A stretch of 64,000 bases of DNA from Camelus dromedarius (taxonomy: Eukaryota), in the NCBI RefSeq assembly GCF_036321535.1, contig NC_087436.1:25608001-25672000 (forward strand), in the 5' to 3' direction. The notes below the pieces were generated by a model. The model saw only the letters and a list, made by a program, of their open reading frames with translations, had not been told where the DNA came from and ran no database searches. Both the position numbers and the translations under genes were made by a program. Below are positions 14,231 through 27,325 of this stretch, in pieces. The first letter of the stretch is position 1; each line of letters begins with the position of its first letter.

Positions 14231-14969
14231 CCAAAATTTTGATTAAAAAATGATAAAATCCTAAGATCTGAAACTAAGGAAAAAGAACTTTCTAAATTTT
14301 AGAAAAACTTTTGGAAAATAACAAAGGAATAAAGGGAAAAGTTGACTGATGGGGCAAAATTAAATTAATAATTTTCCATAGCCATCAATAAAGAATAAAG
14401 TTTTAAAGTAAGCCATAAACAGAGTATGCTTGAGTCAAATACAATAGAGAAAAGGTAACATTCTTCAAGGTGACGAATTCACTCCCCACCCAACACCAGA
14501 AAAGCCTATGTGAAACAAACATGTTGAATTGTCTTATAATGTTACCTGGCCAGAAAAGAAAAATACTGCTAAAAACATATTTCCAAACACACCTGATAAA
14601 GGAGGTTTTACAAAGTTTTGTTTTGATTTGTTTTTGTTGTTTCTCATAGAAATAAGTTAAGGTTGGAACCTGAGTGCTTGGAAGGGATGAATTTTGGAAG
14701 GGGGTCCACGGTGCACGAGTTAGAATTGGGGTTGAATAGGCCAAGCTGAAGAAGCTTGCAAATTAGATGTCTATTCGGCTTTTCAAAGCAGTGATTTTCT
14801 GCAACATCTTGCAATCCTGTCTTTCAAGAGACAGTTCCTGGCCTCAGAGCTCATGTCTGCAAGTTTGTAATCTTTGTAAATTTTTACTTGATTTCTCAGT
14901 GCTGAAGGAAATGATAGTTTTGAGACAGATTATGTATCTTGAAACATCTCAGAAAAGTGGTTTTTTAGG

Positions 14970-15200
14970 AGGTACTGCTTCAGACATTCTTGATCATCCA
15001 CATGAGTTCATCTGAAGCTGTGGACAATCTCACATGAAGCACCTGCCTTCATCTTCTCTACCTGAGAACTTTCTAGCTCATGTCCCCAGGACAAACCTCC
15101 AACAATGGGTGAAGGGAGTCCCAGCCTCCAGCTTCTAGGGGCACAATTGGAGCCAATTTCTACACAGCTTCCCCGGCCCTCATGGGACCACCAACACTTC
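14970..15200 (+). mobile_element. ERVL LTR fragment (LTR16-like)
   Basis: 'ctgaagctgtggacaatc' and 'ccccaggacaaacctccaacaatgggtgaagggagtcccagcctcc...gcacaatt...ttctacacagcttcc' follow LTR16 block order as I recall it. Confidence 0.6.
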
Positions 15201-15689
15201 TATTCAAGATAGGAACACAGCTGCCTGGTCTTCCCGATCTTCAGCCTTACCCTGAATATCTGCACAGCCTCTATTTTTATTGTTTTCATTATACATGAAT
15301 TATGAATAATGTGGCCTCTTTATCTTACTCAGGCAACTTACTTCACTCTGTATCTTAATTTTGAATTTTTTAAACAAAGATAAAGCAACTATCAAGAGTC
15401 ATTGTAAAGGTTAAGGTTTAAGTAAAATGCTTAGGTTCATGGCTGTGAACCAATACCAACAATTGTAACAGTGATGATTATTAGTACCATTTTATAGTTA
15501 CTGTGATTGTTATTGCCCAAGTTTCCTACATATATTTTGAGCCTAAGAAAAAAATTTCCCACCTCCTCAACCAAGAAATCATTCAGCCTTTAACCATTCA
15601 CCACTTTTAAGAAATTGTGCAAAATAGATACCTTTAGAAAACGCCATGTTTATCTTAAAGCTGATTATTTGTCATTTTATCAAATACAT

Positions 15690-16000
15690 TTAGATTTTTG
15701 AACTATAATTTACAGAATTAAAAACTCATTATCATATAATAAGTGCATACCTTGATGAATTATCCCAAAATGCATGTAACTGTGATCCTCATAACCAGAT
15801 TGAGAAACAGCATATTGTCAACAGCTCTCTTTGTACTTTCTTCTGCAACAACCTCCTTCAAGGGCAATCACTATTCTAATTTTCTAAAGAATATATTGGG
15901 TTTCCCTGTTTAGACTTTACTTTTATCATTAATGTAAGTTATTCTTTTGTATCCACCTTTTCTCACTTAATATTTTGTTTGAGAGATTTATCTACATCAT
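15690..16000 (-). mobile_element. Old L1ME-type 3' end fragment
   Basis: 'ttgatgaattatcccaaa...gtaac...accagattgagaaacagcatatt...ggcaatcactattctaatttt...ttctcacttaatattttgtttgagagatttatc'. Confidence 0.65.
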
Positions 16001-19000
16001 CAGTGCTTTCTAAAGCTAATGTTAACTTGAATCCAAAATGTATTAGAAGCTTAAGAGTCAGAATCCAGACTCTTATTTGGATCCCCTAGAACACCCAAGG
16101 TAGAGCATACTTTGACAAATGCTCAGTAAAACCTTGAAGAAATATTTTAGCTCTTTGTTTCTCAAAACAATGATTCCTCACCAAGATTTTTCACCTTCCT
16201 GCATCACCACACTAACCTATTACTTCTCCAGGTTCTCTTCTGTAGTCTTCCCCAAATCTTCTACTCCCTTGCAAACATAATGATCCATATTTAAATATAG
16301 ATTCATATAAATATAAAATATTCAAAGCTGTCCATTAGAGACAACCTAGCATACAACAACCGGTAACATGCTTTTATTGAGTGTTCTATGTTAATTTTAA
16401 CTTGGTCTAGATATTTTTACAATTCAAGTGGATTAACCCAGGGATCACTGAATCACCTTTTGTGTCATCTCTCACTTTCCCATTAATGGATCAAATATGT
16501 AGATCATGTTCTTTATTATTCATACCATTCATCACCTTTAATGGAAATTTTTAGCTGGTTGATTAAAAGGCATAGGGAAAGTTGGTATTATTTTCTAAAA
16601 GTCTATTCCTTATAGATGATTCTACTTTCCTTCGTAGTACTACTTTAAAAGTTCATTCCTACTTTGGATTACAGACTTGATAAATTTCTCAACATGTTTA
16701 TCTGTTGCTTCTTAAAGTACTTTTCAAAAAAGACCCTATTGAATTTTAGAAAGAAAAATCAGGGAAAGTCAATGATAGGGGAAAAAAAAGAAACTACAGT
16801 AAACAGACTACAGTTTTTAAAGAAAAGTAAAAGTAAAACCATGTGGCTGAGGGGCAGTGGTTTCTTTCTTTTTTTGTTGTTGTTGTTCAAAGAAGAGAGA
16901 AATGTTTGAAGTAAATGGAAGAAATTTTAGTTTACTGTGAACATAACAAATACACTACCCACAAGTCTGTTACAGCACAGATGAAGAAGTTAGTTCAAAG
17001 TGACAGGGAGAAAAAGCACCATTAAGTTTTTATAACCCTGCTACCAAACTAACATTGCAAACACCTGGTGAACTTGCATATTTGAAGAAAGGTAGAAAGA
17101 ACTTCTAAAAACTAAACAGAAAAACTTCTGATTGCATGCAGGTGTAGCAGCCATACTCTGAAAAACATGTGATTTTTAAAGTGCACAAAGTTCTTAGAAA
17201 TTAGGTTGTCATTACCTAAATCATTTGGAATATTCTAGAAGCTCAAATGTTACTCAGGTAGTTGAGGAAAAAATATTCCTACTTTGAATTATTCTTACTG
17301 ATTGCTTTAGATCTACCTTGCAAATAATAGAAAACTTTTAACTTTGGGATTAAATCACAACGTAGACAATGTTTTCCCTCTTATTTATGAATTCTGCACA
17401 AGCAAACATTTTTTTAAGTTGAGGAAATATCTACATGGATAATATCTATTTGTATATGAACCATATTGAAGAATGTACAAATGGTGGTGTTTATTTATTT
17501 TACTTATGAAAAAACATCATTGTTTTTGTTTTGTTTTGCTCCTACCTAGATTTTTATATGATCATTAAGCATGTTGACATTAGTTACCTTCTGAGAGTCA
17601 CCCATGCCAATGGAGCACATTGGTTATAAAAGGTTTCCGCATTTATATTGGGCCTGAAGTTCAAGATAATTATTTCTCATTCCTAATGTATTTATGCTTT
17701 TTATCTTCACAGGGGCAAGCATTCCTTGAGATGGCTTTGAAATGCACACAGATTGGAACTTCAAGTAGCTAGACTCCTAACAACTTATTTTCTCCCCAAA
17801 TCAATATTTAAAAAACAGGGAGAAGAACTTCTCTTTAAATATTGACTGCTTGTTTGAATGTCAAATACAGTGAACTTTCTATCAGTCAAGACCTTTCCAG
17901 TCTGATGCCTGCAAAAATTTACTCTGGTTCCAAATTATTCATTTTAAGTATCTTGTTCCATTTCTTTTATCTACCACATTTATATGTTTGAAAACACTTG
18001 GAGGGCTTTTTTCCCCTCAGACAGAGAAAGCAATTGAAAAAGAAAAAACTCACTAAACAATCTGAAAAACTTATTTAAAGAGTCACCTGAGGTGTAAAAG
18101 TAAAAACTAACTTGTTTTCAAATTTTTCTTTATAGTTTAGAGATCATTTTAAGGTGGCGTCATCAACCTCCTGAATTAATACATTGAGTTATGTCCATAA
18201 ACGGTACAAAACAATGATTGTGTTAGCTTACTTTTAGCAGCTCTGACTCATTCTTGAAAGAAAGAGCTGTAGAGCATTTGCGTTTTAAAAGAAAGGGTGT
18301 CCTCATGTAACACTGCATTATGATTTGGCATTTTGACTCCGTACAATGAAGCAATGAATGGTCTTTGTTTTACTACAAGGATAAAAGAAACAATCCCTGA
18401 TTAAAAATTTGAACTTGGATCTCAAATAGTGTTCTGCTTCCCTCGCTTTCACAAATGGTGTATGCTAGGGATTACAATAGAATCTCAAATATTATGTTAC
18501 CAGATTACTCTAACGGAAAGATCACCTTTCTTCCTTTAAGTTAACAAATACATTGCTGTATACATCTTGTATATGTTAGCAGAAATCCAGGCACCAATAG
18601 AAATATCTAGCCTTACAAAATCATCATCTTATTCTCACTACTTTTATTTATTTATTTATTTTTATTTTTTTATTTTTACTTTTTCAAGTTTCAGTGTAAT
18701 GGTTAGAAATGTTCCAACCAAATACCTATGGGAATTTTTCCAAAAATTTTACAAAGTCTCAGAATCCACATTTTTTAATTGGCATACAAAGTATCTATTT
18801 CATGATTGTGAAGATAAAATTTAAACAACTTAGCATAATGCCTACACATAATAAAAATAATACTCAATAAAAATCATTTTTATAATAGGTTCCTGTGATT
18901 GTTTTATCATAGTTTCTAAAGCTCTCTCAAATCATTTTGGGAACAAGTTTTTATAGGAATTTATGAATCTGAAAGAAAGGTGTTATCATGTATGTATTTT

Positions 19001-19881
19001 ACATCCCATAATGCCCAGCACATTTTGAGGCACATTATTGATATTTAATAAACATTTGTACAAGTGAACAATAGCCCCCAAATTGCTTTACAACTATTAG
19101 ATTCTAGCACTAGAACTAGAAAGATTTACATCCTCTGAGGAAGAGATCGTATTTCCATGGATCTGGGTGTTGTAATTCTAGGAATAACCACCAACACTTA
19201 ACAAAAATAAAGCAATTTTATTAAAAGAACTGAATGACCACTGTCTTACCACTGGCACTGCCTTACCATTGATAGATTGCTTTTTTTTAAGATATATTAA
19301 GCTTGAATGATAACTAAGAATAGAGTTATTATCCTGCCCCTTAGTTCAAAGATTTTAAAACTCATACTTAGAAGAGTTATTATCTTTTATCTGCTGAGTG
19401 CATATGAACAAAAGATATCCAGAAGTCTACTGAGAAATATGACAGTCACGAGAATTTCTTGAATGAAAGTTTGGTAAAGTATCCTGGCATGTTTTTGATA
19501 TGATTTTGAATACCCTGGCAGCAACATATACCCCGTTGTGATAAATTATGTTACAGATAAAGGTTTGTTCTGGACCAGTGGGACTCTTGAGAAACAGAGT
19601 CCTAACAGATAAGTTGTTAGAAAAAGTTTTTAAATGACTGTTACTTTAGTGTAATCTGAATAGGCCTGCTGGTGCCTCAATGTTCCAGATTTACACGTAT
19701 ATAGGAAGTAAAACAGGAAAAGCATTTTCAAAGGTTCCTTTCTAAATGGTCTATGCCTAAACTATAGACATTCTAAGCACCTGAGCTGAGACCTGCTGAT
19801 GTTTACAAGGGCCCCTCTTTATTGTTGAGCCCTAAATTCTACATGGTGTCTCCCCCAGAGAATGAGATTGTAAAAAGCAAA

Positions 19882-19907
19882 GCAAAACAAAACAAAACAA
19901 AACAAAA
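19882..19907. repeat. (CAAAA)n pentanucleotide microsatellite
   Basis: Direct reading: caaaacaaaacaaaacaaaacaaaac. Confidence 0.9.
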
Positions 19908-21668
19908 CTCTGTTTTGCATTTTTTAGCCTTCTGGCAAGTGTTTTCTACTTGGTGTTCTGCCCTTGTCTTCCACATCCACAGCATTTGGCAGATGCCTAG
20001 AGGGATAACTGCATGCAGTATGTTAGACTCACTTCCCTTTGATTTCTTTTTCTCAGGGATCCTGTCCCTCAATTTCTCCCTTCTTGGATGCCTTGGTTGT
20101 TTTTCAATGCCCTCCTTTCAAAAAAAATCTAGCTTTCATAGTTATTCTCAGTTGGAGGCTCAGTTTGATACAAGCTACTCTAAATAGCCTGCAGCAGTCA
20201 ACGGGAGATAGGATTTTTCTTTTTAAATGTTAAATGTATAGATTTTGTATATCAGGGCAGGGCAGTTATAAATGGGCTTCCTGGTAAGATTATGATTCTT
20301 TGGGGCCAATGGCAAGATAAGAGCCATCATTTGGATTATTGTTCTGGACTCTGGAAAAATTCTTTAATTTTATCCCTTACTCAAATTTTCTTATATGGTG
20401 AATCTTTCTAAGTTTATAACACTACAGAACTTTTAGGAAAGGTCTTGATACTTGGTTAAAAAATCTACTCTTTACCCCCAATATCAGTAATGACCTGCTC
20501 TACTGCACGAGTTTTGCTCTCTGAAGAGCATGGTCCTTCAGAGTCTCTAGTGCACGTTTATAGTCACTCTCCTTTCTGTCAGTTGAAATCCCTAACAAAG
20601 AGATAAAGTTCTGGGACCTAGAACAGGATTTCATTATTTTATAATGATATCCATTTTTTTATTTAAGTACCATATTTTTATATTGATAGATTACTTTATA
20701 CCATACAGCAATCAGTTGCATTTCTATACACTAACAACAAAATAGCAGAAAAAGAAATTGAGGGAAAAACCCATTTATCATTGCATCAAAAAGAACAAAA
20801 CATCTAGGAATAAACCTACCTAAGGAGATAGAGGGCCTGCGCTCTGAAATCTGAAAACTATTAGACACTGACAAAAGAAATTGAAAATGACACAAATAGA
20901 TGGAGAGAGATACCATGTTCTTGGATTGGAAGAATCAATATTATTAAAATGGCCATAATACCCAAGGCAATATACAGATTCAGTGCAATCTCTATCAAAT
21001 TACCAATGACATTTTTCACAGAACTGGAACAAAAAATGTTAAAATTTGTATGGAAACACAAAAGACCCTGAATAGCCAAAACAATCTTAAGAAAGAAGAA
21101 CAAAGCTGGGGGAATCATGCTCCCTGACTTCAGACCATACTAGAAAGCTGCTGTAATCCAAACAATATGGCACTGGCACAAAAACAGACACAGAGATCAA
21201 TGGAACAGGGTAGAAAATCCAAAAATTAACCCACAAACTCATGGTCAATTAATCTACAACAAAGGAGGCAAGAATATACAATGAAGAAAAGACAGTCTCT
21301 TCAATAAGTAGTGCTGGAAAAACTGGACAGCTACATGTGAAAGAATGAAATTAGAACACTCTTTACCATATACAAAAAAAACTCAAAATGGGTTAAAGAC
21401 CTAAATATATGACTGGATATTCTAAAACTCCTAGAGGAAAACATAGAACACTCTTTGACATAAATTGCAGCAATATTTTTCCATCTCCTAGAGTAATGGA
21501 AATAAAAGCAAAAGTAAACAAATGGGACCTAATTAAATTTAAAAGCTTTTGCACAGCAAAGGAAACCATAAGCAAAACACAAGGACAACCTACAGAATGG
21601 GAGAAAATGTTTGTAAATGATGCAACTGACAAGGGACTAATTTCCAAAATATACAATCAGCTCATACA

Positions 21669-21672
<4 letters not shown>

Positions 21673-21722
<50 letters not shown>

Positions 21723-21830
21723 TATATATATATACACATACACATACACACACACATAACAGCTTAATATATATAAATATATTAATAATCTTAATACATA
21801 AATATATATATACAGCTTAATATATATAAA
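21673..21830. repeat. Compound (TA)n/(CA)n microsatellite inside L1
   Basis: Direct reading. Confidence 0.95.
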
Positions 21831-22309
21831 ACCCAAACAACCCTATCCAAAAATGGGCAGAAGATCTAAGTAGACACTTGTGCAAAGAAGACATACAAAT
21901 GGCTAATAGGCACATGAAAAAATGCTCAATATTGCTAATTATCAGAGAAATGAAAATCAAAGCTACAACGAGGTATCACCTCACACCAGTCAGAATGGCC
22001 ATCATTCAAAAGTCCACAACGATAAATGCTGGAGAGGGTGTAGTAAAAAATGAACCCTGCTACACTGTTGATGAAAATGTAAATTGGTACAGCCACTATA
22101 GAGAACAGTATGGAGGTTCCTTAAGAAACTAAAAATAGAGTTACCATATGATCCAGCAATCCCACTCCTGGGCATACATTCAGAGAAAGCTATAATTTGA
22201 AAAGACACATGCACCCCAATATTCACAGCAGCACTATTTACAATAGCCAAGACATGGAAGTGACCTAAATGGCCATCAACAGATGACTGGAAAAAGAAGA
22301 TGTAGTGTG

Positions 22310-22312
<3 letters not shown>

Positions 22313-22347
<35 letters not shown>
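22313..22347. repeat. (CA)n microsatellite inside L1
   Basis: Direct reading, about 17 units. Confidence 0.95.
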
Positions 22348-22349
<2 letters not shown>

Positions 22350-22799
22350 GGAGTATTATTCAGCCATAAAAAATAATGAAATAATGCCATTTGCAGCAAC
22401 ATGGATGGACCTAGAGATTATCATATTAAGTGAAGTCAGACAGAGAAAGACAAATACATGATATCACTTATATGTGGAATTTAAAAAGTATACAAATTTT
22501 GTTTTCAAACTAGAAATAGACTCATGGACATAGAAAACAAACTATAGTTACCAAAGGGGAAAGAGCGGGGAGGGGTAAATTAGGAGTTTGGGATTAACAG
22601 ATACACACTACTTAGTATAAAATAGATAAACAACAAGGACCTACTGTATAGCACAGGGAACTATATTCAATTTCTTGTAATAAGCTATAATGAAAAAGAA
22701 TCTGAATATATATGTATGTATAACTGAATCACTTTGCTGTACACCTGAAACTAACACTATAAATCAACACTTCAATAAAAAATAAAATAAAAAAAGGAT

Positions 22800-22945
22800 G
22801 CAGAATGTGAAAGTGAAATACGAGTAACAGTCTTAACACATAGACACTAACCAAAATAATGGTAGTAGAGTCATACAATAAAGTAGATATTAAAGGAAAA
22901 AGTATCAGCAGAGAATAACAGTGACATTTTAATATCAAAACCAGC
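22800..22945 (+). mobile_element. Degenerate old L1 endonuclease-region fragment
   Basis: 'aaagtgaaa...acactaaccaaaat...aaagtagatattaaaggaaaaagtatcagcagaga' parallels the ORF2 EN region seen at ~56890-57020. Confidence 0.55.
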
Positions 22946-23389
22946 ATAAATGATCTACCTTAATAGTTTCTTAGTAGGTAATCACTTGATACCTTTGAAA
23001 TAAAAGTCTTTTTTAATAAAATTAGAAATGTCCTATTAGTTTTCAACAATGTAGGCTAAGATAGCAATTTTAAAATAAATCTTTAAAAATATATTTGTTC
23101 AGAGAAGTGCAAAGAAATACTGATTGACATGTTATAAATGAAGAAAAAATATATATATTCTATTTATTGACAGTTTTGGACTACCTGTATATTGTTCATT
23201 AATTTAACAAAATTGTTAAGACACAGCATGTTGGATTTGGATGAGAAAAGACCCCATGGGGGGAGATATGATTCATTATTTGTATATACCATCACCATTA
23301 AATTTCTTGTCATTCTTTACTTTGCCATCTACCATCCTTTCTGGTATACATGCCTCACAAATGCTTGCACTAAAGATTTTTCTAAACAT

Positions 23390-24290
23390 TCACCTTCCTA
23401 TGGCAACATGCAGGTTCCTGAACTGCTGGAGAAAATCATGGAACAAGGCAGAGTCTGTGACTCTGAGTTCATCAATATCCAAATTTAACTGAATCCTCAG
23501 TTGCCAGTGGATTATTGAATAGTCTCTCTCATTTGCCTCCACTTATTTAAAATAGTCATCACTCTCTCCAAAACAACTCTGCTAACTCTGTCCCTGTTAC
23601 TTTTAGAAGTTGCCTCTCCAATCACAAAGGATATTGAATCCAGAGATCTTCACTCACTTTCTGCCGCACACCTTGCACGTGGAAGCATCTTTATCTTTCT
23701 TGGTAGAAACAAAGAAGTGTTTCTCTAGCCCCAGGTTAATCCCTGTAATGATACTCTGGATCTCATTAAACTCTTCCTTCTTAATGTTCACTCTTTAATC
23801 TCTTCTGACAATTGCAATCAACCTCATCTTTTTGTTGGTTTCATTTCCTCAGCATTTAAATAACTTCAAAGATTTCCAGTCACTTAAAAAAAAATAGAAA
23901 AACAACCTCCCTCAATTCCAATCTCCTTCCTTCAAAGTCAGTCTTGTTTAAAGAGCTGTGCATACGCTTTTTCATTTCTTCACTCCCCATTCATTCTGCG
24001 ATGCCTAGAAATCTGGCATTTGTCCCCATCAATATGTTAAACATCTCTCAACAAGACCATCTTCCCTTACAGCATAACAGCATATGTATTTGTGTGTGAG
24101 CTTGTGTATGTGTGTAATTGTCTCACTTGGTACCTCACAAGCATTTTATATTATTATTACTGATCATTTCTTCTTTGCAACAGTTCCTTCCTTCCCTTAG
24201 TTTCCATAACCATGTTCTTCTGGAAATCTCCCTTCCTTCCTGGTTCCTTCATCCTTGTCTTCTTAGAAGCTTTTCCTTTCATTTCTAACC
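23390..24290 (+). mobile_element. LINE-2 internal remnant
   Basis: Pyrimidine-rich with L2 phrases: 'ctgctggagaaaatca', 'aatctggcatttgtcccc', 'cattttat...tgatcatttcttcttt', 'tttccataaccatgttcttctgg'. Confidence 0.6.
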
Positions 24291-26969
24291 CTTTTCCTCT
24301 AATGATGAAATATTTCATATTTCTAGGAAACTGTAACAAAAATAATGAAAACCCATGTTACCCATTAGTAACCCAAACTTACTACTATGCTTTGTCAACC
24401 CTCAACATTGTATTTCTTTTTCAAAAAAAGACAATAATTAAAACAATATATATGCTGTTGAACCATCTCATGTACCTTACTTTGATCCTATTTAACTTCC
24501 TGTCTATTCTTCAGCAACATCCTATCTGATCAACGACATCAGTGTTTTATTTTCGAATTTTATTATGCTTAAAGATTCCATGTGTGCTTGAAAATAATTT
24601 GTGTGGCTATAGTGATCTATATGTGGACATTAGATCTTGTATTCAGAACTTCTGTATTTGTATTATATTCTGCTTGATATATCAATTTCTGAAAGAATTA
24701 TATTAAGATCTAAATATTATGTGTTTATAAATTTCTCTATATATTTTTCAATTTTATTTCATATAATGAGTAGCTGTGTTTCAGCACTTAGAAGTTTTTC
24801 ATCCAATACCTAGTATCCTTAAAATAAATTATGATTTATGTCCAAGTTATCTCTTTCCAGCTTCATCTCATGTCTCTTTGAACTCATAATGTATATACTA
24901 AGCATATATATATCTAAAGTCAGTTTCTCAAACTTCTGTATTTTCTGACTTCTGAAAATGGTTTCTTTGTGTGTGTGTGCAGATTAGAACACTCCTCCTA
25001 TCACTTTACACATGTTGTCTGGTTAATAATTAAGCATTTTTTCTATCTCAACCAGAGATCCATTCTTCCCTCTCAATTCCGCTAGACTAGATGTACTATG
25101 GTGTCATCTGGAACTGCCTGTACTTTGAATAAAAGAGCACTTAGAATTATTTCTCTTGAAATTGCCTGTCTCTTTTAACCTTTAAATTGCTTCACTTAGC
25201 ACTTTGCCATACAGATGGATCTTCATAGATGGTTAGTTGAGAGGTGAACTTGACATAGGCCTGTTTGTCTTTAAGAGAGCCTGTAGCCTAGTGCCATATA
25301 CGTGTGCGCGTGTGTGCCTGTGTTTGTATGTTATGTATATTGGTGGTAAAAATATGTAAGGTTGGAATGTGATTTTATTCACAGTTCTACATGATTCCAA
25401 ATAATTGATGTTAAGAAGTTGCTCCTTTAAAATTTTTACCAACATCATGATGGAGAGAGTCCTACCTAGGTCTGAAATCAAAAGTGCTGATTGTATAGAA
25501 AAGCTATTTTGAAACCATGTCCTAATTACAAATGTAACTGTGATATGCTAAAATACACTCTATCTATATAGAAGTTTCATATTGAAATCTTGCTAATTCC
25601 TATAAACCCAGATCAACTCACCCTCTTAAGTCCCGCCTTTTCTGAGCATCCTAGTAGATGTAGCCCCTCTTTTCTTTGTATTTCTTTTGAGGCTTTTCTC
25701 TAAGATTCCTTTTTTTTTTCATGTACATAACCATTGTATTTAGCTACTTGAATATGAATTCCTAGGGCATTAGTTCCTAAAGAAGAAACATTTGTGATTT
25801 ATTCATCTTTTCATTTACTACACTAGCTAGCACAATTGCTTGCACATTAGAGATGCACTATTATGCAATTAAATCTGGATTTTTGTTTTGATAGTATACT
25901 AGAGAGTAACAAAAGTAAAATTTCAATAAAAAATTAGGAGAAACTTAGGACCTCTCCTACTTCTCTTGTCCGTATTTACACTGAACAAATTGTAATGCAA
26001 AGAATTATCATATAAAAAATGAATTTTTTATATGAATTTATTTATTTTTTAAATGAATTTATTATTAAAAACAAATCCATTCAGACTATGGTGGCATAAA
26101 CTTTAAACTTTCAAACTAAAGTAATTCCAAAATCCACTAGTAAGCAACATTATTGTATTTGGTGGCACACAACATTGCACTGTATAAAATACCACAAAGT
26201 CCTACATATTTACCTGACAGCTAGGTTATGGTCCCTGTGGGGACTATAATTTCAAATTCATAATACATATTTAATAGTTCGACATTTATACTGCTCTGAA
26301 GTAGGGTTTTGTACATAATAGGTTTTTTTTTTTAATGAAACAAAAAAAATTAACACTTAAACTTTAAAAACAAAATATGTTCCCTACAGATGCAGACAAA
26401 TTTTCCCCTTGTATCTTTTGGCTGTGTGTCTTACAATGATTCTGGGCAGAATCCTCCTGAGTTGTACAGAAGTACGCTGAGGGCTTGGTTTAATTCCTAT
26501 TTCTCTATTGACTTGCTATATAACTCCTCTTAGAAAACATTGTCATTACAAAATAAAGACATCCCCTTTTTAAAAATAAAACAACAGGAGTATATTTGAG
26601 GTTTCTATTAATAGAGCATTATGAGAGAACTATGACTAGAGCCAGATTTAGACACAATTATTTGGTAGTAAAGTTAATCTAAGGAAAGGTATCTCTCATT
26701 GATCATATTTTTGCCTCTTGAAGATCTCCTGTCCCCAGTCTCTCTCCCTCTCTCATTTTGTACTATTATCAGATACTTCATTCTCAGCTAAGGTAAAAAT
26801 GGTTAACAATTATTTAAAATACTACCCTGAAAGGAAAAATTTTATTTTCTTAAGGACTAACATTTTTAAATTAAAGAAAGAGATAGCTTCTATCTGTTTG
26901 CTAAATTTGAGCAGTTATACCTAATAGTAAATACGTATATGTTAAGGGCTATAAACTAAGTGCCTTGAT

Positions 26970-27325
26970 GTTCAACATTCAACGTTTGTTTAGGAACTGC
27001 TATGGGTGAGGCATGGCACTAGACTGAGTATCAACAGTAGTGAGCAAAGCAGACTAGGTTTTGTCCTTAGTTTATAATCTTGGATGAGACCTGGGAGAAT
27101 ATTAATCAAATAACCAAAATTAATCAAATAATCACACACACATACACACACTTATGTATGTATGTGACTGCAAACTGCCCTAAGTGATGTGCTAACCAAT
27201 GGAGGGTGTTGTAAGATCATGTAACCAGTCTGTTCTAGTCTGAACTAGTCTAGCCCATCAGAACTAGTCTGCTCTGGTGGGACAAGGAGGGTATCTGTGA
27301 GAGTGGCACCTGAAGTGGCAGGATT
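26970..27325 (-). mobile_element. LINE-2 3' fragment
   Basis: 'cattcaacgtttgttt...tgctatgggtgaggcatggcactagactgagtatcaacagtagtgagcaaa' is a reverse-strand L2 end. Confidence 0.6.

Larger units (their letters stand above)
20702..22795 (+). mobile_element. 5'-truncated LINE-1 (older subfamily) with internal microsatellites
   Basis: Frameshifted ORF2 3' half ([27 protein letters not shown]), 3'UTR and AATAAA/A-rich tail. No TSD found. Confidence 0.95.
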
